From Candidatus Magasanikiibacteriota bacterium (GTDB taxonomy: Bacteria > Patescibacteriota > Patescibacteriia > Magasanikbacterales > GWA2-37-8), in NCBI GenBank assembly GCA_030650025.1, contig JAUSEN010000009.1:93144-157143 (forward strand): DNA of 64,000 nt, written 5' to 3'. Below the pieces are notes generated by a model, which saw only the letters and a list, made by a program, of their open reading frames with translations, had not been told where the DNA came from and made no database searches. The position numbers and the translations under genes were made by a program. Positions 8,490-17,005 of the stretch are shown here, piece by piece (within the stretch, counting starts at the first letter, position 1; each line of letters begins with the position of its first letter).

Positions 8490-9167
8490 TCACTCCACAA
8501 TTCTTATCGCTGGGCCCATAGTGGAGCACAGTACCAGGGTTTTGATGTATGTGCCTTTGGCCGTGGCTGGTTTGGCTTTTTTAAGAGCCTCGAGGTAGGC
8601 GGCTAGATTTTCTTTTAACTGCGCTTCGCTAAAGCTGGCTTTGCCAATCGAAACATGAATATTAGAGGTGTCATCATTTTTAAAAGTCAATTTGCCCCTT
8701 TTAATTTCCTCAATCATTTTTTTAAGATTCGGGCCCACGGTTTCGGTTTTGGGGTTAGGCATTAAGCCTTTGGGGCCAAGAATTTTAGCGATCGAAGCCA
8801 GTTTAAGCATGACATCTGGGGTTGTGACCGCGATTTCAAAATCAATTTTGCTGGTGTCCTTAATGCGCTTAATATCTTCTTCGCCGTAAATTAAATCCGC
8901 GCCCGCTTCTTTGGCTTCTTTTTCCCTCTCCGGGGTCAGCACAAAAGCGGCTAGTTTTTTACTTTTGCCTGTGCCATGCGGGAGCACGACCGTGGCGCGA
9001 ATTTGCTGTTCGCCTTTTTTGGGGTCAATACCCAAGTTAGCATGCACCTCTATGCTGGCATCAAATTTAACATCGCTCGTTTCTTTCACGAGCTTGATCG
9101 CTTCGTCCCACGAGTAGACTTTATTTTTGTCTACTTTTTGAGCCGCGGCCTTATAGCGTTTTCCCAT
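8490..9167 (-). CDS. rplA: 50S ribosomal protein L1
   Basis: KFDASIE, LPHGTGK, ILGPKGLMPNPK, STMGP. Confidence 0.98.
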   Translation of the reverse strand: MGKRYKAAAQKVDKNKVYSWDEAIKLVKETSDVKFDASIEVHANLGIDPKKGEQQIRATVVLPHGTGKSKKLAAFVLTPEREKEAKEAGADLIYGEEDIKRIKDTSKIDFEIAVTTPDVMLKLASIAKILGPKGLMPNPKTETVGPNLKKMIEEIKRGKLTFKNDDTSNIHVSIGKASFSEAQLKENLAAYLEALKKAKPATAKGTYIKTLVLCSTMGPAIRIVE

Positions 9168-9270
9168 ATGATTTGTTCGAAATCATGCCCGATTCAACAG
9201 AATCGTGCCGAGCAATGTCATTTGAAGCTCGGCTCGCAGTCCATTGAAGCGCGGCGGTTTCGAGAGTTAC

Positions 9271-9308
9271 GTGGTACAAACCTCCGCAAATTAATGGCAG
9301 AGTCCCAC
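9271..9308 (-). promoter_or_regulatory. Putative L1-binding autoregulatory leader
   Basis: GTGGGA-CTCTGC..GCGGAG-GTTTGTA-CCAC internal-loop hairpin downstream of TTGACA-17-TATACT (9354-9326). Confidence 0.5.
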
Positions 9309-9350
9309 ATGAATTAAGTAGGGCGAGTATACTATGATCAAAAATTTTTG

Positions 9351-9557
9351 TCAATGCCGCGAATGTCTCTGCCGATAGGCTCGCAAATCTGCCGCGCTGG
9401 GTCGGCGGTAGAGCGCGGCAGTTTCTCGTCGATCTTCCTCCGACTCATCTTCGCGCTTTTTTGCTAATTCCTCTTCACTTAAAGCTGGTAGCGGCAGTTT
9501 TTCGCTACCTCTAAACGGCAGATTCAGGGTTCTGGTGTCGTGTAAAATTTTTCTCAT
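9351..9557 (-). CDS. Small hypothetical protein
   Basis: 68-aa charged ORF. Confidence 0.5.
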   Translation of the reverse strand: MRKILHDTRTLNLPFRGSEKLPLPALSEEELAKKREDESEEDRRETAALYRRPSAADLRAYRQRHSRH

Positions 9558-9722
9558 GTAGATAAATTAAGTATATTAATATCCCAACCATTATATATAT
9601 TAGCAAAAAATTACAAAAACAAAAACCCCTCTAATTTTTAGAGAAGCTTTTGGTTGGCCACGTCCGTGCTATTGATTCGGACGGGATTAGGCTGCCGTTA
9701 GGTTAGGTGCGTGTCACACACA

Positions 9723-9788
9723 TAGCTCCTGGGGTAGGAATTGCCATGAACCACAAAGGGTTCATGGTCCGCCTTTGGCGGAAACCTA
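9723..9788 (-). repeat. Duplicated tRNA-Asn T-arm and 3' end, interrupted by two palindromes
   Basis: 9723-9743 is identical to 9793-9813; TAGGTT[9782-9744 insert]CAATTCCTA. Confidence 0.85.
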
Positions 9789-9795
9789 TCCGTAG

Positions 9796-9867
9796 CTCCT
9801 GGGGTAGGAATTGAACCTACAGTAACTGCATTAACAGTGCAGCGTTTTACCATTAAACTACCCAGGA
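9796..9867 (-). tRNA. tRNA-Asn(GTT)
   Basis: TCCTGGG/CCCAGGA-G acceptor, CTGCA-CTGTTAA-TGCAG anticodon arm, GTAGG-TTCAATT-CCTAC; CCA not encoded. Confidence 0.95.
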
Positions 9868-9898
9868 ATAAAAACAGTCCGCCCGAGGCGGACTGTTT
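9868..9898 (-). terminator. Intrinsic terminator (attenuator) abutting the tRNA-Asn 5' end
   Basis: AAACAGTCCGCC-TCG-GGCGGACTGTTTTTAT. Confidence 0.85.
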
Positions 9899-9915
9899 AG
9901 AAGCGTGCCTAAGTT

Positions 9916-9990
9916 TTAGGCAACAACAAACTCATCCGCCGAAGAGGTATTATTATTGCGACGATTATTGTGGCGAATGAATAACTGCAT
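9916..9990 (-). CDS. Asn-rich leader peptide MQLFIRHNNRRNNNTSSADEFVVA
   Basis: 24 codons with 5 AAT in codons 8-14; lies between promoter and terminator. Confidence 0.7.
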   Translation of the reverse strand: MQLFIRHNNRRNNNTSSADEFVVA

Positions 9991-10001
9991 AGTGTAAATA
10001 T

Positions 10002-10031
10002 AGAATATCAGATAGCGTCCAGTTTTGTCAA
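10002..10031 (-). promoter_or_regulatory. sigma70 promoter of the leader/tRNA-Asn unit
   Basis: TTGACA-18-TATTCT with extended -10 TG. Confidence 0.65.
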
Positions 10032-10045
10032 GGGTCGATTTCATT

Positions 10046-10429
10046 TTATGCCTCTTTTCTCCTTACTAGCCACCAGTGGTAGCCAAACAACGGCAAGCCG
10101 ACAATAATCATAGACAAATCGCGCACCAGGTCGCGTTGGCGTTGTCCGGCGCGATTTTCGGTTTCCTGTTTTTCCCGGCTTGCTTTATCCAGGCAGGGCG
10201 GGCCGCCAAATTCTTTGCCGCGCGGCGTGCCGGTGGCGGCGGCGAGATCGCACGTCGGTTCCGGATAGCCATAAATATTTTTATCGGCCAGAGTAAAAAC
10301 ATAAGTGCGCAGAACAATGTTAATTACGTCGCCCAGCGAAAACACCATCATCATTAGGGCGACAAACGAGACGAGGTAGAGGTAGAGGTTTTTGAGGAAA
10401 GAAACTTTTGACGAAGCTGGAGAGTCCAT
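10046..10429 (-). CDS. Two-TM membrane protein (DUF5671-like)
   Basis: LYLYLVSFVALMM...GLPLFGYHW pattern. Confidence 0.75.
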   Translation of the reverse strand: MDSPASSKVSFLKNLYLYLVSFVALMMMVFSLGDVINIVLRTYVFTLADKNIYGYPEPTCDLAAATGTPRGKEFGGPPCLDKASREKQETENRAGQRQRDLVRDLSMIIVGLPLFGYHWWLVRRKEA

Positions 10430-10457
10430 ATTTTTGAATTAGGAATTAAGTTACCAT

Positions 10458-10718
10458 TTATGCTTCGAGGGCGGCAATCAGGCTTTTGGCAGTTTTATGA
10501 GTAGTGTAATTCCCCAAGGCATAATCGAGCCGCGCTTCATTGATAATTTCGTCGAGCGTTTCGGCGCGGTTTACTCGTTTTAGGTCTTTGATTCCAATCT
10601 CTACCACAATTTTTTTCTCCAGCGGATAAGTGGAAAGATAACGAAAAGCCGACAAAGGTATATTAACCATCGCCTCGCCTGTTCTTTTTGAATTTTTGGT
10701 TAGAATTTTGGTTTCCAT
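10458..10718 (-). CDS. Small protein, possibly an orphan antitoxin
   Basis: C-terminus EARLDYALGNYTTHKTAKSLIAAL is antitoxin-like; no adjacent toxin seen. Confidence 0.5.
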   Translation of the reverse strand: METKILTKNSKRTGEAMVNIPLSAFRYLSTYPLEKKIVVEIGIKDLKRVNRAETLDEIINEARLDYALGNYTTHKTAKSLIAALEA

Positions 10719-10896
10719 AGTGTTTGGTTATTTAACCCGACTATGATAACACGAAATAAAAATCCAAGCAAATTTGGGTGCGCGCCGAGCCGAGGCGCGC
10801 ACCATAGGGGGCTGACGGGGATATAATTAGTTAGGCGCTAGTAATAAAAAGCCGATTCGTTCAATAATGATTTTGGCGATTTATCTTTAATGTCTT

Positions 10897-11115
10897 CTAT
10901 TCCTTGTATCCATCTTTGCTTAGGTTTGCTTGATGCCGAGGGGTGCCGTAATCATTATAAAATTTTATAATGGAAACGTCGGCTTGTAACATGCCATCCG
11001 TTTTAAGTTGGTCATAGAGCATTCCAAATGTCCATCCATGAATATCTGGAAGCATTTTAGCTCTAACGTCCTGTTCTCCTAATTCGGCAAACGATTGTGG
11101 AAGTCTATCAGACAT
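10897..11115 (-). CDS. Small hypothetical protein
   Basis: 72-aa ORF. Confidence 0.45.
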   Translation of the reverse strand: MSDRLPQSFAELGEQDVRAKMLPDIHGWTFGMLYDQLKTDGMLQADVSIIKFYNDYGTPRHQANLSKDGYKE

Positions 11116-11177
11116 ATAAAATTTATAAAAAGTTATTAACAGTTATACTCGACCACCCAATAAATTGCTAAAATAAT

Positions 11178-12131
11178 TTATTTCGCAATTTTTCTCTGCC
11201 TCGTTCTGTTTTTCAGGTACCGCTCAACTGCTTCTTTCGTCGTTAGCCAATCCCTACCCTCTTTATGCGCCTCTAACTTCCCTTGCCTAGCCAGCAAGTT
11301 TAAATATTTTGCAGTAAAAGGTGCAGTTTTAGATATTTCAGTTAGTGATACAAACTTTTCCTGTTTCATAGTCGCGGGAGTCAAAGTCTTAAGATAAATA
11401 TCAAGCGAGCGCTCTATCGATTGAGCGACAAATTTAATTAGAGGCTCATATTTGCCACTATCCGCTTTATCCAAAACGTCATAATATTTCTTTCGGTCAG
11501 TTTTCATAATGACTACCAGCGGATATCCGGCCTGCATTAAAAATAAATTCATCGTTAGGCGAGCGGTTCGGCCGTTGCCGTCAAAAAATGGGTGAATGTG
11601 GACTAATTTATGGTGTAACAGGGCGGTCAATTCAATTACATTCAGCTTGTTTTTTTGTGAAGCAAGCCACGTAATTAAATCCCGCATTTTTTGTGGTACT
11701 TGTAGCGCGTCGGGTGGCGTATGTTTGGCACCGCCAATAATGACGTTGGCGTTTCGGTAGCGGCCAGCCCACTCTTTATCGGTTTCTTGTAAAATAATTT
11801 GGTGCAAATTTTTTATGAGCATTTCGGAGACAGTGTGTTTTTTGTCTTTGTCTACCAAGTCGTACAAATATTCCAGCGCGGCATGGTGGTCTTTGGCCTC
11901 CAAATGGTCTTTTAAAGGTTTGCCTTTTACCGTAATACCTTCGTTAATAACCAAAAAAGTCTCTTTTAAGGTCAAAGAGTTGCCTTCAATGGCATTTGAG
12001 TTGTAGGTCATTTCAATCTGAAATTTTTCTCGAAGTTTTTGGACAGCAGATTTTGGTAGGGGACGGAGCTTATTGAGTTTAGCCAGCTTTTCTTCCAGGC
12101 GGGTTTTTATCATTGGTGAAAGGTAGGGCAT
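11178..12131 (-). CDS. Fic-domain protein with C-terminal HTH-like segment
   Basis: HPFFDGNGRTAR catalytic motif and SNAIEGN inhibitory motif. Confidence 0.93.
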   Translation of the reverse strand: MPYLSPMIKTRLEEKLAKLNKLRPLPKSAVQKLREKFQIEMTYNSNAIEGNSLTLKETFLVINEGITVKGKPLKDHLEAKDHHAALEYLYDLVDKDKKHTVSEMLIKNLHQIILQETDKEWAGRYRNANVIIGGAKHTPPDALQVPQKMRDLITWLASQKNKLNVIELTALLHHKLVHIHPFFDGNGRTARLTMNLFLMQAGYPLVVIMKTDRKKYYDVLDKADSGKYEPLIKFVAQSIERSLDIYLKTLTPATMKQEKFVSLTEISKTAPFTAKYLNLLARQGKLEAHKEGRDWLTTKEAVERYLKNRTRQRKIAK

Positions 12132-12293
12132 AGAGGAAAATGCTTAATATGGTTTAGGTGAATATTTACAGTATACCATATTAAGGAATTATGGTCAATA
12201 TATAGATAAAAAAAGCCCAATCAAAATGAATGACCTCGAGGCTCTGCCCAGGGATCATTCATTTAATTAGCTAGAAAAAGAATAATAATTCGG

Positions 12294-12728
12294 TTAACGA
12301 GATTCGCCGGTATCCCTATTTCGGGCGACACGCAACAACGCTTCTGCAACGGAAATTGTTCGCAATTCTTCATAGGAACCTTTGCGGTAGCCGACTGTTC
12401 CGCCGTGTTTTGAAATATCGTCCATCTTTTCTTTTAACAGTCTTAGCGCTTTTCGGTTTATGTCATCACGTTGTTGGTCGGAAAAAGTAATGCCCTTCCT
12501 GATTTCAAATTCTCTAATTTGTTTATCATTGCTAGTCCCACTATCTTTTTCTGCGTACGTCGTATCGTTTTGTTCTGCCGAATGCTTTAATTTGTCCGCG
12601 ATCCCCATTCCCGCGGCGAACATCCCCGCCGCTATTGCCGCGCTCCGCAAAGCTCTTTCGCCGACTCCTCTTTTCCTCGGCGCTGTTTGTTCCTCAGCGG
12701 CGTGTGGTCTAGTCAACCCTTCTTTCAT
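12294..12728 (-). CDS. Hypothetical protein with one N-proximal hydrophobic helix
   Basis: 144-aa ORF. Confidence 0.65.
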   Translation of the reverse strand: MKEGLTRPHAAEEQTAPRKRGVGERALRSAAIAAGMFAAGMGIADKLKHSAEQNDTTYAEKDSGTSNDKQIREFEIRKGITFSDQQRDDINRKALRLLKEKMDDISKHGGTVGYRKGSYEELRTISVAEALLRVARNRDTGESR

Positions 12729-12855
12729 ATTGTATGGGTTAAATAAAATTGCTAAAATTATTTGATTTCACTATTTTGGATTTTTTATTATTTCGCCTAA
12801 TGGCCGGCAACTCCGCATACGCCGGGTTGGGGTAACGTTTTTTTTGCCTCCGTCA

Positions 12856-13839
12856 TTATCGTAAGCCAACAAGTTTCCGTACGTCTGCCATGGTTTTTTT
12901 AGCCACCCCGCGCGCGCGCTCGGCGCCATCTTCTAAAATCGCGTCGAGTTTTTTAGGGTTAGCCAAAAGTTCGGCGCGGCGCGCTCTAAATCCCGCGAAA
13001 TAATTGCCAATCGCGCTCGCCAGTTCGGCTTTTAAATCGCCATATCTAATACTCCCGTTTTTTTCGGCGGCCGTAAATTCCGTGTACATTTTTTTATCAC
13101 CAAATTGTTTGAGAAGGGCAAGCAAATTGGCCGCGCCCGGGGCTTGACCGCCGCCCGCCGTGGCGGTTACAGCTTTTTTGAGTTTGGCGGCAATAATTTT
13201 TGGTTCATCCGCCATGCCAATATAGTGGCTTTCGCCCGCGCTCTTGCTCATTTTTTTCGTAGGTTCCAGCAAGCTCATTATTTTGGGGAATTGCGTGAGG
13301 AGCGGCTTGGTTTCCGGAAAATAATGGCCATAACGATTGTTAAACCAGCGCGCGCAGTCGCGCGTCATTTCCAAATGTTGCACTTGGTCCTGGCCGACTG
13401 GGACAAGAGCGCCGTGGTATAAGAGCACGTCCGCTGCCTGGAGAGCGGGGTATGTGAGCAAGCCAGCGTTAATATTTTTCGCGTTATGCTCGGATTTATC
13501 TTTAAATTGTATCATCCGAAAAAGTTCGGTCACTGGTGTTACCGTGCTAAAAATCCAAGTGAGCTCCGTGTGCTCCGGGATGTGCGACTGGACAAAAAGC
13601 GTTACTTTTTTTGGGTCAAGGCCGGAGGCAATATATTCCGCGGCCAAAAGGCGGATATTTTTGCGACGCGTTTCCGGCTTCATATCAATAGTTAGGGAGT
13701 GCAAATCCGCCACAAAGAAAAATAATTCATACTGGCCGGAGTTTTGCAGTTCCACCCAATTTTTTAAGGCGCCCAAATAGTTGCCAATATGGAGGCTCCC
13801 CGTGGGCTGCATGCCCGAAAGAATAATTGGTTTAGACAT
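12856..13839 (-). CDS. trpS: Tryptophanyl-tRNA synthetase
   Basis: SGMQPTGSLHIGN, VPVGQDQ, KMSKS. Confidence 0.98.
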   Translation of the reverse strand: MSKPIILSGMQPTGSLHIGNYLGALKNWVELQNSGQYELFFFVADLHSLTIDMKPETRRKNIRLLAAEYIASGLDPKKVTLFVQSHIPEHTELTWIFSTVTPVTELFRMIQFKDKSEHNAKNINAGLLTYPALQAADVLLYHGALVPVGQDQVQHLEMTRDCARWFNNRYGHYFPETKPLLTQFPKIMSLLEPTKKMSKSAGESHYIGMADEPKIIAAKLKKAVTATAGGGQAPGAANLLALLKQFGDKKMYTEFTAAEKNGSIRYGDLKAELASAIGNYFAGFRARRAELLANPKKLDAILEDGAERARGVAKKTMADVRKLVGLR

Positions 13840-13848
13840 ATTTATTAT

Positions 13849-14130
13849 TTAAGACTTCGCGGGAATTTTAATGGATGGATTAGTTGGTTCCGGGTCTTCG
13901 ATTTCCGCGAGCATTTTGCCGCAGGCCAGAATTTTTTCTTTGGCCGGATGCTCAGCGAATTCTTCAAAACTAATTAGTTCCAAGTAGATATTATAGACCA
14001 AGCGCCACAGCCGCGGATCAGCGGCCAGGACGTCCCTTTCTTTAAGAATTTTGCCGCTTACTACCAGCCCGGTTAAGCGCGCCAGCTCGGTCGCGGCCGC
14101 TTCAGAACGGCCGCGATTTTCGTCTATCAT
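13849..14130 (-). CDS. Hypothetical protein
   Basis: 93-aa ORF between rlmH and trpS. Confidence 0.6.
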   Translation of the reverse strand: MIDENRGRSEAAATELARLTGLVVSGKILKERDVLAADPRLWRLVYNIYLELISFEEFAEHPAKEKILACGKMLAEIEDPEPTNPSIKIPAKS

Positions 14131-14142
14131 AGAGGACGGTAG

Positions 14143-14622
14143 CTAATAATGATATGATCGGTTATTTTGAATCATCATAGCACGGTACAGTTGCTCGAGC
14201 AAGGTAACGCGCGCCATTTGGTGAGTGATGGTAATGGCGCCGAGCGAGAGCACCAGCTCTGCTTTTTTTCTCACGTCTTCAGAGAGCCCCAAAGGCCCCC
14301 CGATTATAAATACAACCCGGCTTCCATATTGCATGGTAATTTGAGAGATTTTTAGAGAGAGCGCTTCCGAAGAAAATTGCTTCCCAGTGGCATCGAGCGC
14401 TATTACATAGGCAGGCGGTATTTTTTTAAGCGTTGCTAAAATTTTTTCGCCCTCAAGTTTTTTAATTGCCTCTTGGCTACTTTTCTCGTCAAAGCTCTCT
14501 TCTTTTAATTCAACAATTTCTACCCGGGCATAGGGCGTAAGCCGCTTAATATATTCCGCGGCTGCCTCGCGCCAGTAAGATTCTTTGAGTTTGCCAATTG
14601 TTATGATATTTATCTTCAGCAT
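14143..14622 (-). CDS. rlmH: 23S rRNA pseudouridine-1915 methyltransferase
   Basis: IGKLKE, FIIGGPLG, HQMARVTLLEQLYRA, YH. Confidence 0.95.
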   Translation of the reverse strand: MLKINIITIGKLKESYWREAAAEYIKRLTPYARVEIVELKEESFDEKSSQEAIKKLEGEKILATLKKIPPAYVIALDATGKQFSSEALSLKISQITMQYGSRVVFIIGGPLGLSEDVRKKAELVLSLGAITITHQMARVTLLEQLYRAMMIQNNRSYHY

Positions 14623-14733
14623 ATCAGCCTAGCATAGAATACTGCCCAAAAAAATTCAAGTATTGACAATTTTTGTCGCTTTGCTACGATTACTCTATTA
14701 ACCCACTTATAACTCACTTAAACGCCTTTGATT

Positions 14734-15087
14734 ATGGGCCAAATTACTCATCATGCCGAACCTGCCGCCATCGGCACGCCCGGCAGAGAAAAAGACCCCC
14801 AGCGCCTTGAAGACAGGATGATTGCTCACTTGGATACTAGGAGAGCGCATGTTGATAGGGAAAAGGCTAGAGAGAGAAATGCCGCTGCTCACCGCCCAGC
14901 ATCTAGGCCGAGCCTGGAAGCTAAACCCGCTGCTAGGTTTGAAGTAACCGTTACCCAGAAGAAGAAAGGCGAAACCCGCCGCCCCGGAAGCGCCACGTTT
15001 GGTGATTTGCTTCGGCTAAAAGCTCAAGAAGATCCCGATGCCAACGTTACTTTGCATCGCATAGAACGAGGCAGAAAAGGCGAATAA
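14734..15087 (+). CDS. Hypothetical basic protein
   Basis: ORF downstream of TTGACA-17-TACGAT near 14663. Confidence 0.6.
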   Translation: MGQITHHAEPAAIGTPGREKDPQRLEDRMIAHLDTRRAHVDREKARERNAAAHRPASRPSLEAKPAARFEVTVTQKKKGETRRPGSATFGDLLRLKAQEDPDANVTLHRIERGRKGE

Positions 15088-15125
15088 ATTACTTTTTAAT
15101 TATTTAATATTTTAATTAAAAAAAT

Positions 15126-15611
15126 ATGGCTGGTAGATCTCATTTTGATAGCGTCCATGTGCCAAGCGACGAGCTTATTACAGATGCTCAAGGGCACTGG
15201 ACAGGCACCAGTGCTTATCCACGCACTACCGAGCCAGGCACAGGCATGCCCGAAGCGCCCAGCTTTGCTTCTGACCCCGAACAACAGGCCACGTTTAATG
15301 AATTAGTAGAGAAGATGCAAGCCACTAGCGACCGAGTTGCTTGGTATAAATTAGCGGATGATCTTAAAGACTTGCTTAGAGAAACAGGCAACGATGCTTC
15401 GGAAGAAGCCGTCGAAGATATTGTTGGGTTACCTCCCCACAGGGAGACTGCCCAAGACGTAGCGAACGCTCAAAGAGTCGCGGCAGAAGTAGCTGTGGGA
15501 AAAAGGCAGAGGAGAAAAAAAGAACCCCGCGTCAATGTAGTGGGTGGCACATTTCACAGCCACGCGGAAGTTGCCCAAATGCCCCGGCCTGCCAAAGAGA
15601 AAGCGGCTTAA
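15126..15611 (+). CDS. Hypothetical protein
   Basis: 161-aa ORF converging on tgt. Confidence 0.7.
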   Translation: MAGRSHFDSVHVPSDELITDAQGHWTGTSAYPRTTEPGTGMPEAPSFASDPEQQATFNELVEKMQATSDRVAWYKLADDLKDLLRETGNDASEEAVEDIVGLPPHRETAQDVANAQRVAAEVAVGKRQRRKKEPRVNVVGGTFHSHAEVAQMPRPAKEKAA

Positions 15612-16918
15612 AAGCCGTCGCTGGATTTTGATATCCAATTTTTTATAAAATCCGCAAATTTATCCTGCATAATCGCTTCCCGCGCTCGGCGCATTAAATT
15701 GAGCATAAAATGCAAGTTGTGAATACTAGCGAGGCGCAAAGCCGTGATTTCTTCGGCCGCGAAGAGATGGTGAAGGTACTGGCGTGAATAATTTTTACAC
15801 GTAGAGCACTCACAACTCTCGTCCACCGGACGGGAGTCTTTTTTATATTCAGAATTTTTTATATTCAAGCGATTTTTGCTAGGAGGGTCAAAAGTAAAAA
15901 GCATACCGTGGCGCGCTAGGCGCGTAGGCGCCACGCAGTCAAACATGTCGGCTCCGTGCTCCACCGCGATCAACAAGTCGGCTGGGTTTAGCCCCACGCC
16001 CATGGCGTAATGCGGTTTGTTTTCCGGGATGAGTGGATACACCCAATCTAAAATCTCCGCCGTCGCTGGCATATTATATCCGATACTTTCGCCGCCAATC
16101 GCTATGCCGTCAAAATCTAAACTGGAAATAAAGCGCGCCGATTCTTCGCGCAAGCTTTTATGCTGTCCGCCCTGGATAATGCCAAAGATAAAGCGTTGAT
16201 GTGGCCAGTCCTCCCCCTCGCCCCCTCCTTTGCAAAGGAGGGGGGACGACGATTCCCCTCCCCTTCGCAAAGGGGAGGGCGGCCCGCCCGAATCGCTACG
16301 CGAAGCGTTGCGGGCGGGGGGTGGGGTGTCGCTCAAGCGTAGGTGCTCAGCCAAACTTCTTTTTGCCCACGCATGCGTGCGTTCCATGGCGGCGCGGGCG
16401 TATTCTGGCGCGGCGTCGTCTGGCGTGCACTCGTCAAAGGCCATAATAATATCAGCGCCCAGTTTGTGTTGGATTTCAATAGAAGTTTCGGGAGTAAAGC
16501 GGTGCGTAGAGCCATCAATATGGCTCGTGAACGTAACGCCGTCATCATCGATTTTTACGAGGCGTGCTTGCGACACCACCCCCTTTTTCTTCTGCAACCC
16601 CAAACTAAAAACCTGGAACCCTCCCGAATCAGTCAAAATCGGGTGCGGCCAGTTCATGAATTTATGTAGCCCACCTGCGGCATAAACCAAATCTTCACCT
16701 GGCCGCAAATGCAAATGATACGTGTTGCCGAGAATTACGGGCGCTTGTAAATTTTCTAAATCTTGGCTGTCAAGCGTCTTGACTGCTCCCTGCGTTCCGA
16801 CTGGCATAAACGCCGGAGTTAAAATATCGCCATGGTCCGTATGCATAACGCCGGCGCGCGCCTGCCTGCCGGCAGGCAGGCCTGCGCCGCTGGTTTTTTG
16901 GAGTTCAAAAAATGGCAT
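15608..16918 (-). CDS. tgt: tRNA-guanine transglycosylase with in-frame palindrome insertions
   Basis: FMPVGT, LTDSGGFQVFSL, DMFDCVAPTR, CECSTC. Confidence 0.96.
   Translation of the reverse strand: MPFFELQKTSGAGLPAGRQARAGVMHTDHGDILTPAFMPVGTQGAVKTLDSQDLENLQAPVILGNTYHLHLRPGEDLVYAAGGLHKFMNWPHPILTDSGGFQVFSLGLQKKKGVVSQARLVKIDDDGVTFTSHIDGSTHRFTPETSIEIQHKLGADIIMAFDECTPDDAAPEYARAAMERTHAWAKRSLAEHLRLSDTPPPARNASRSDSGGPPSPLRRGGESSSPLLCKGGGEGEDWPHQRFIFGIIQGGQHKSLREESARFISSLDFDGIAIGGESIGYNMPATAEILDWVYPLIPENKPHYAMGVGLNPADLLIAVEHGADMFDCVAPTRLARHGMLFTFDPPSKNRLNIKNSEYKKDSRPVDESCECSTCKNYSRQYLHHLFAAEEITALRLASIHNLHFMLNLMRRAREAIMQDKFADFIKNWISKSSDGF
16210..16329. repeat. Composite palindromic element inside tgt
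   Basis: CCCCTCCTTTGCAAAGGAGGGG..CCCGCCCGAATCGCTACGCGAAGCGTTGCGGGCGGG; near copy at 20763-20880. Confidence 0.9.
16861..16880. repeat. CCTGCCTGCCGGCAGGCAGG palindrome in the tgt N-terminus (LPAGRQ)
   Basis: Perfect palindrome; related copy in rpsJ at 30930. Confidence 0.85.
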
Positions 16919-17005
16919 AGAATAGCGTCATTATACTGTTTTTGAATTTTTAATCAAGTTAGTGTAAGATGTAGATGTAACAAATTTATTTTGATTATAA
17001 ATCAT

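Noticed and set aside
2631-8490. Alternative genetic code (TGA=Gly)
   Set aside because: TGA ends tmk and rplA at expected lengths and conserved genes contain no internal TGA
9905-9960. Leader C-terminus NNNTSSADEFVVA* with a stop hairpin resembles a tmRNA tag and helix 5
   Set aside because: No GCN resume codon in frame, no flanking tRNA-like ends or pseudoknots, and it has its own ATG and promoter; an attenuator fits better, though this is not fully excluded
12795-12855. Possible c-di-GMP-I riboswitch (GGCAAA..GCGGAGTTGCC) after trpS
   Set aside because: Lacks the GNRA hairpin and GACGCAAAG core
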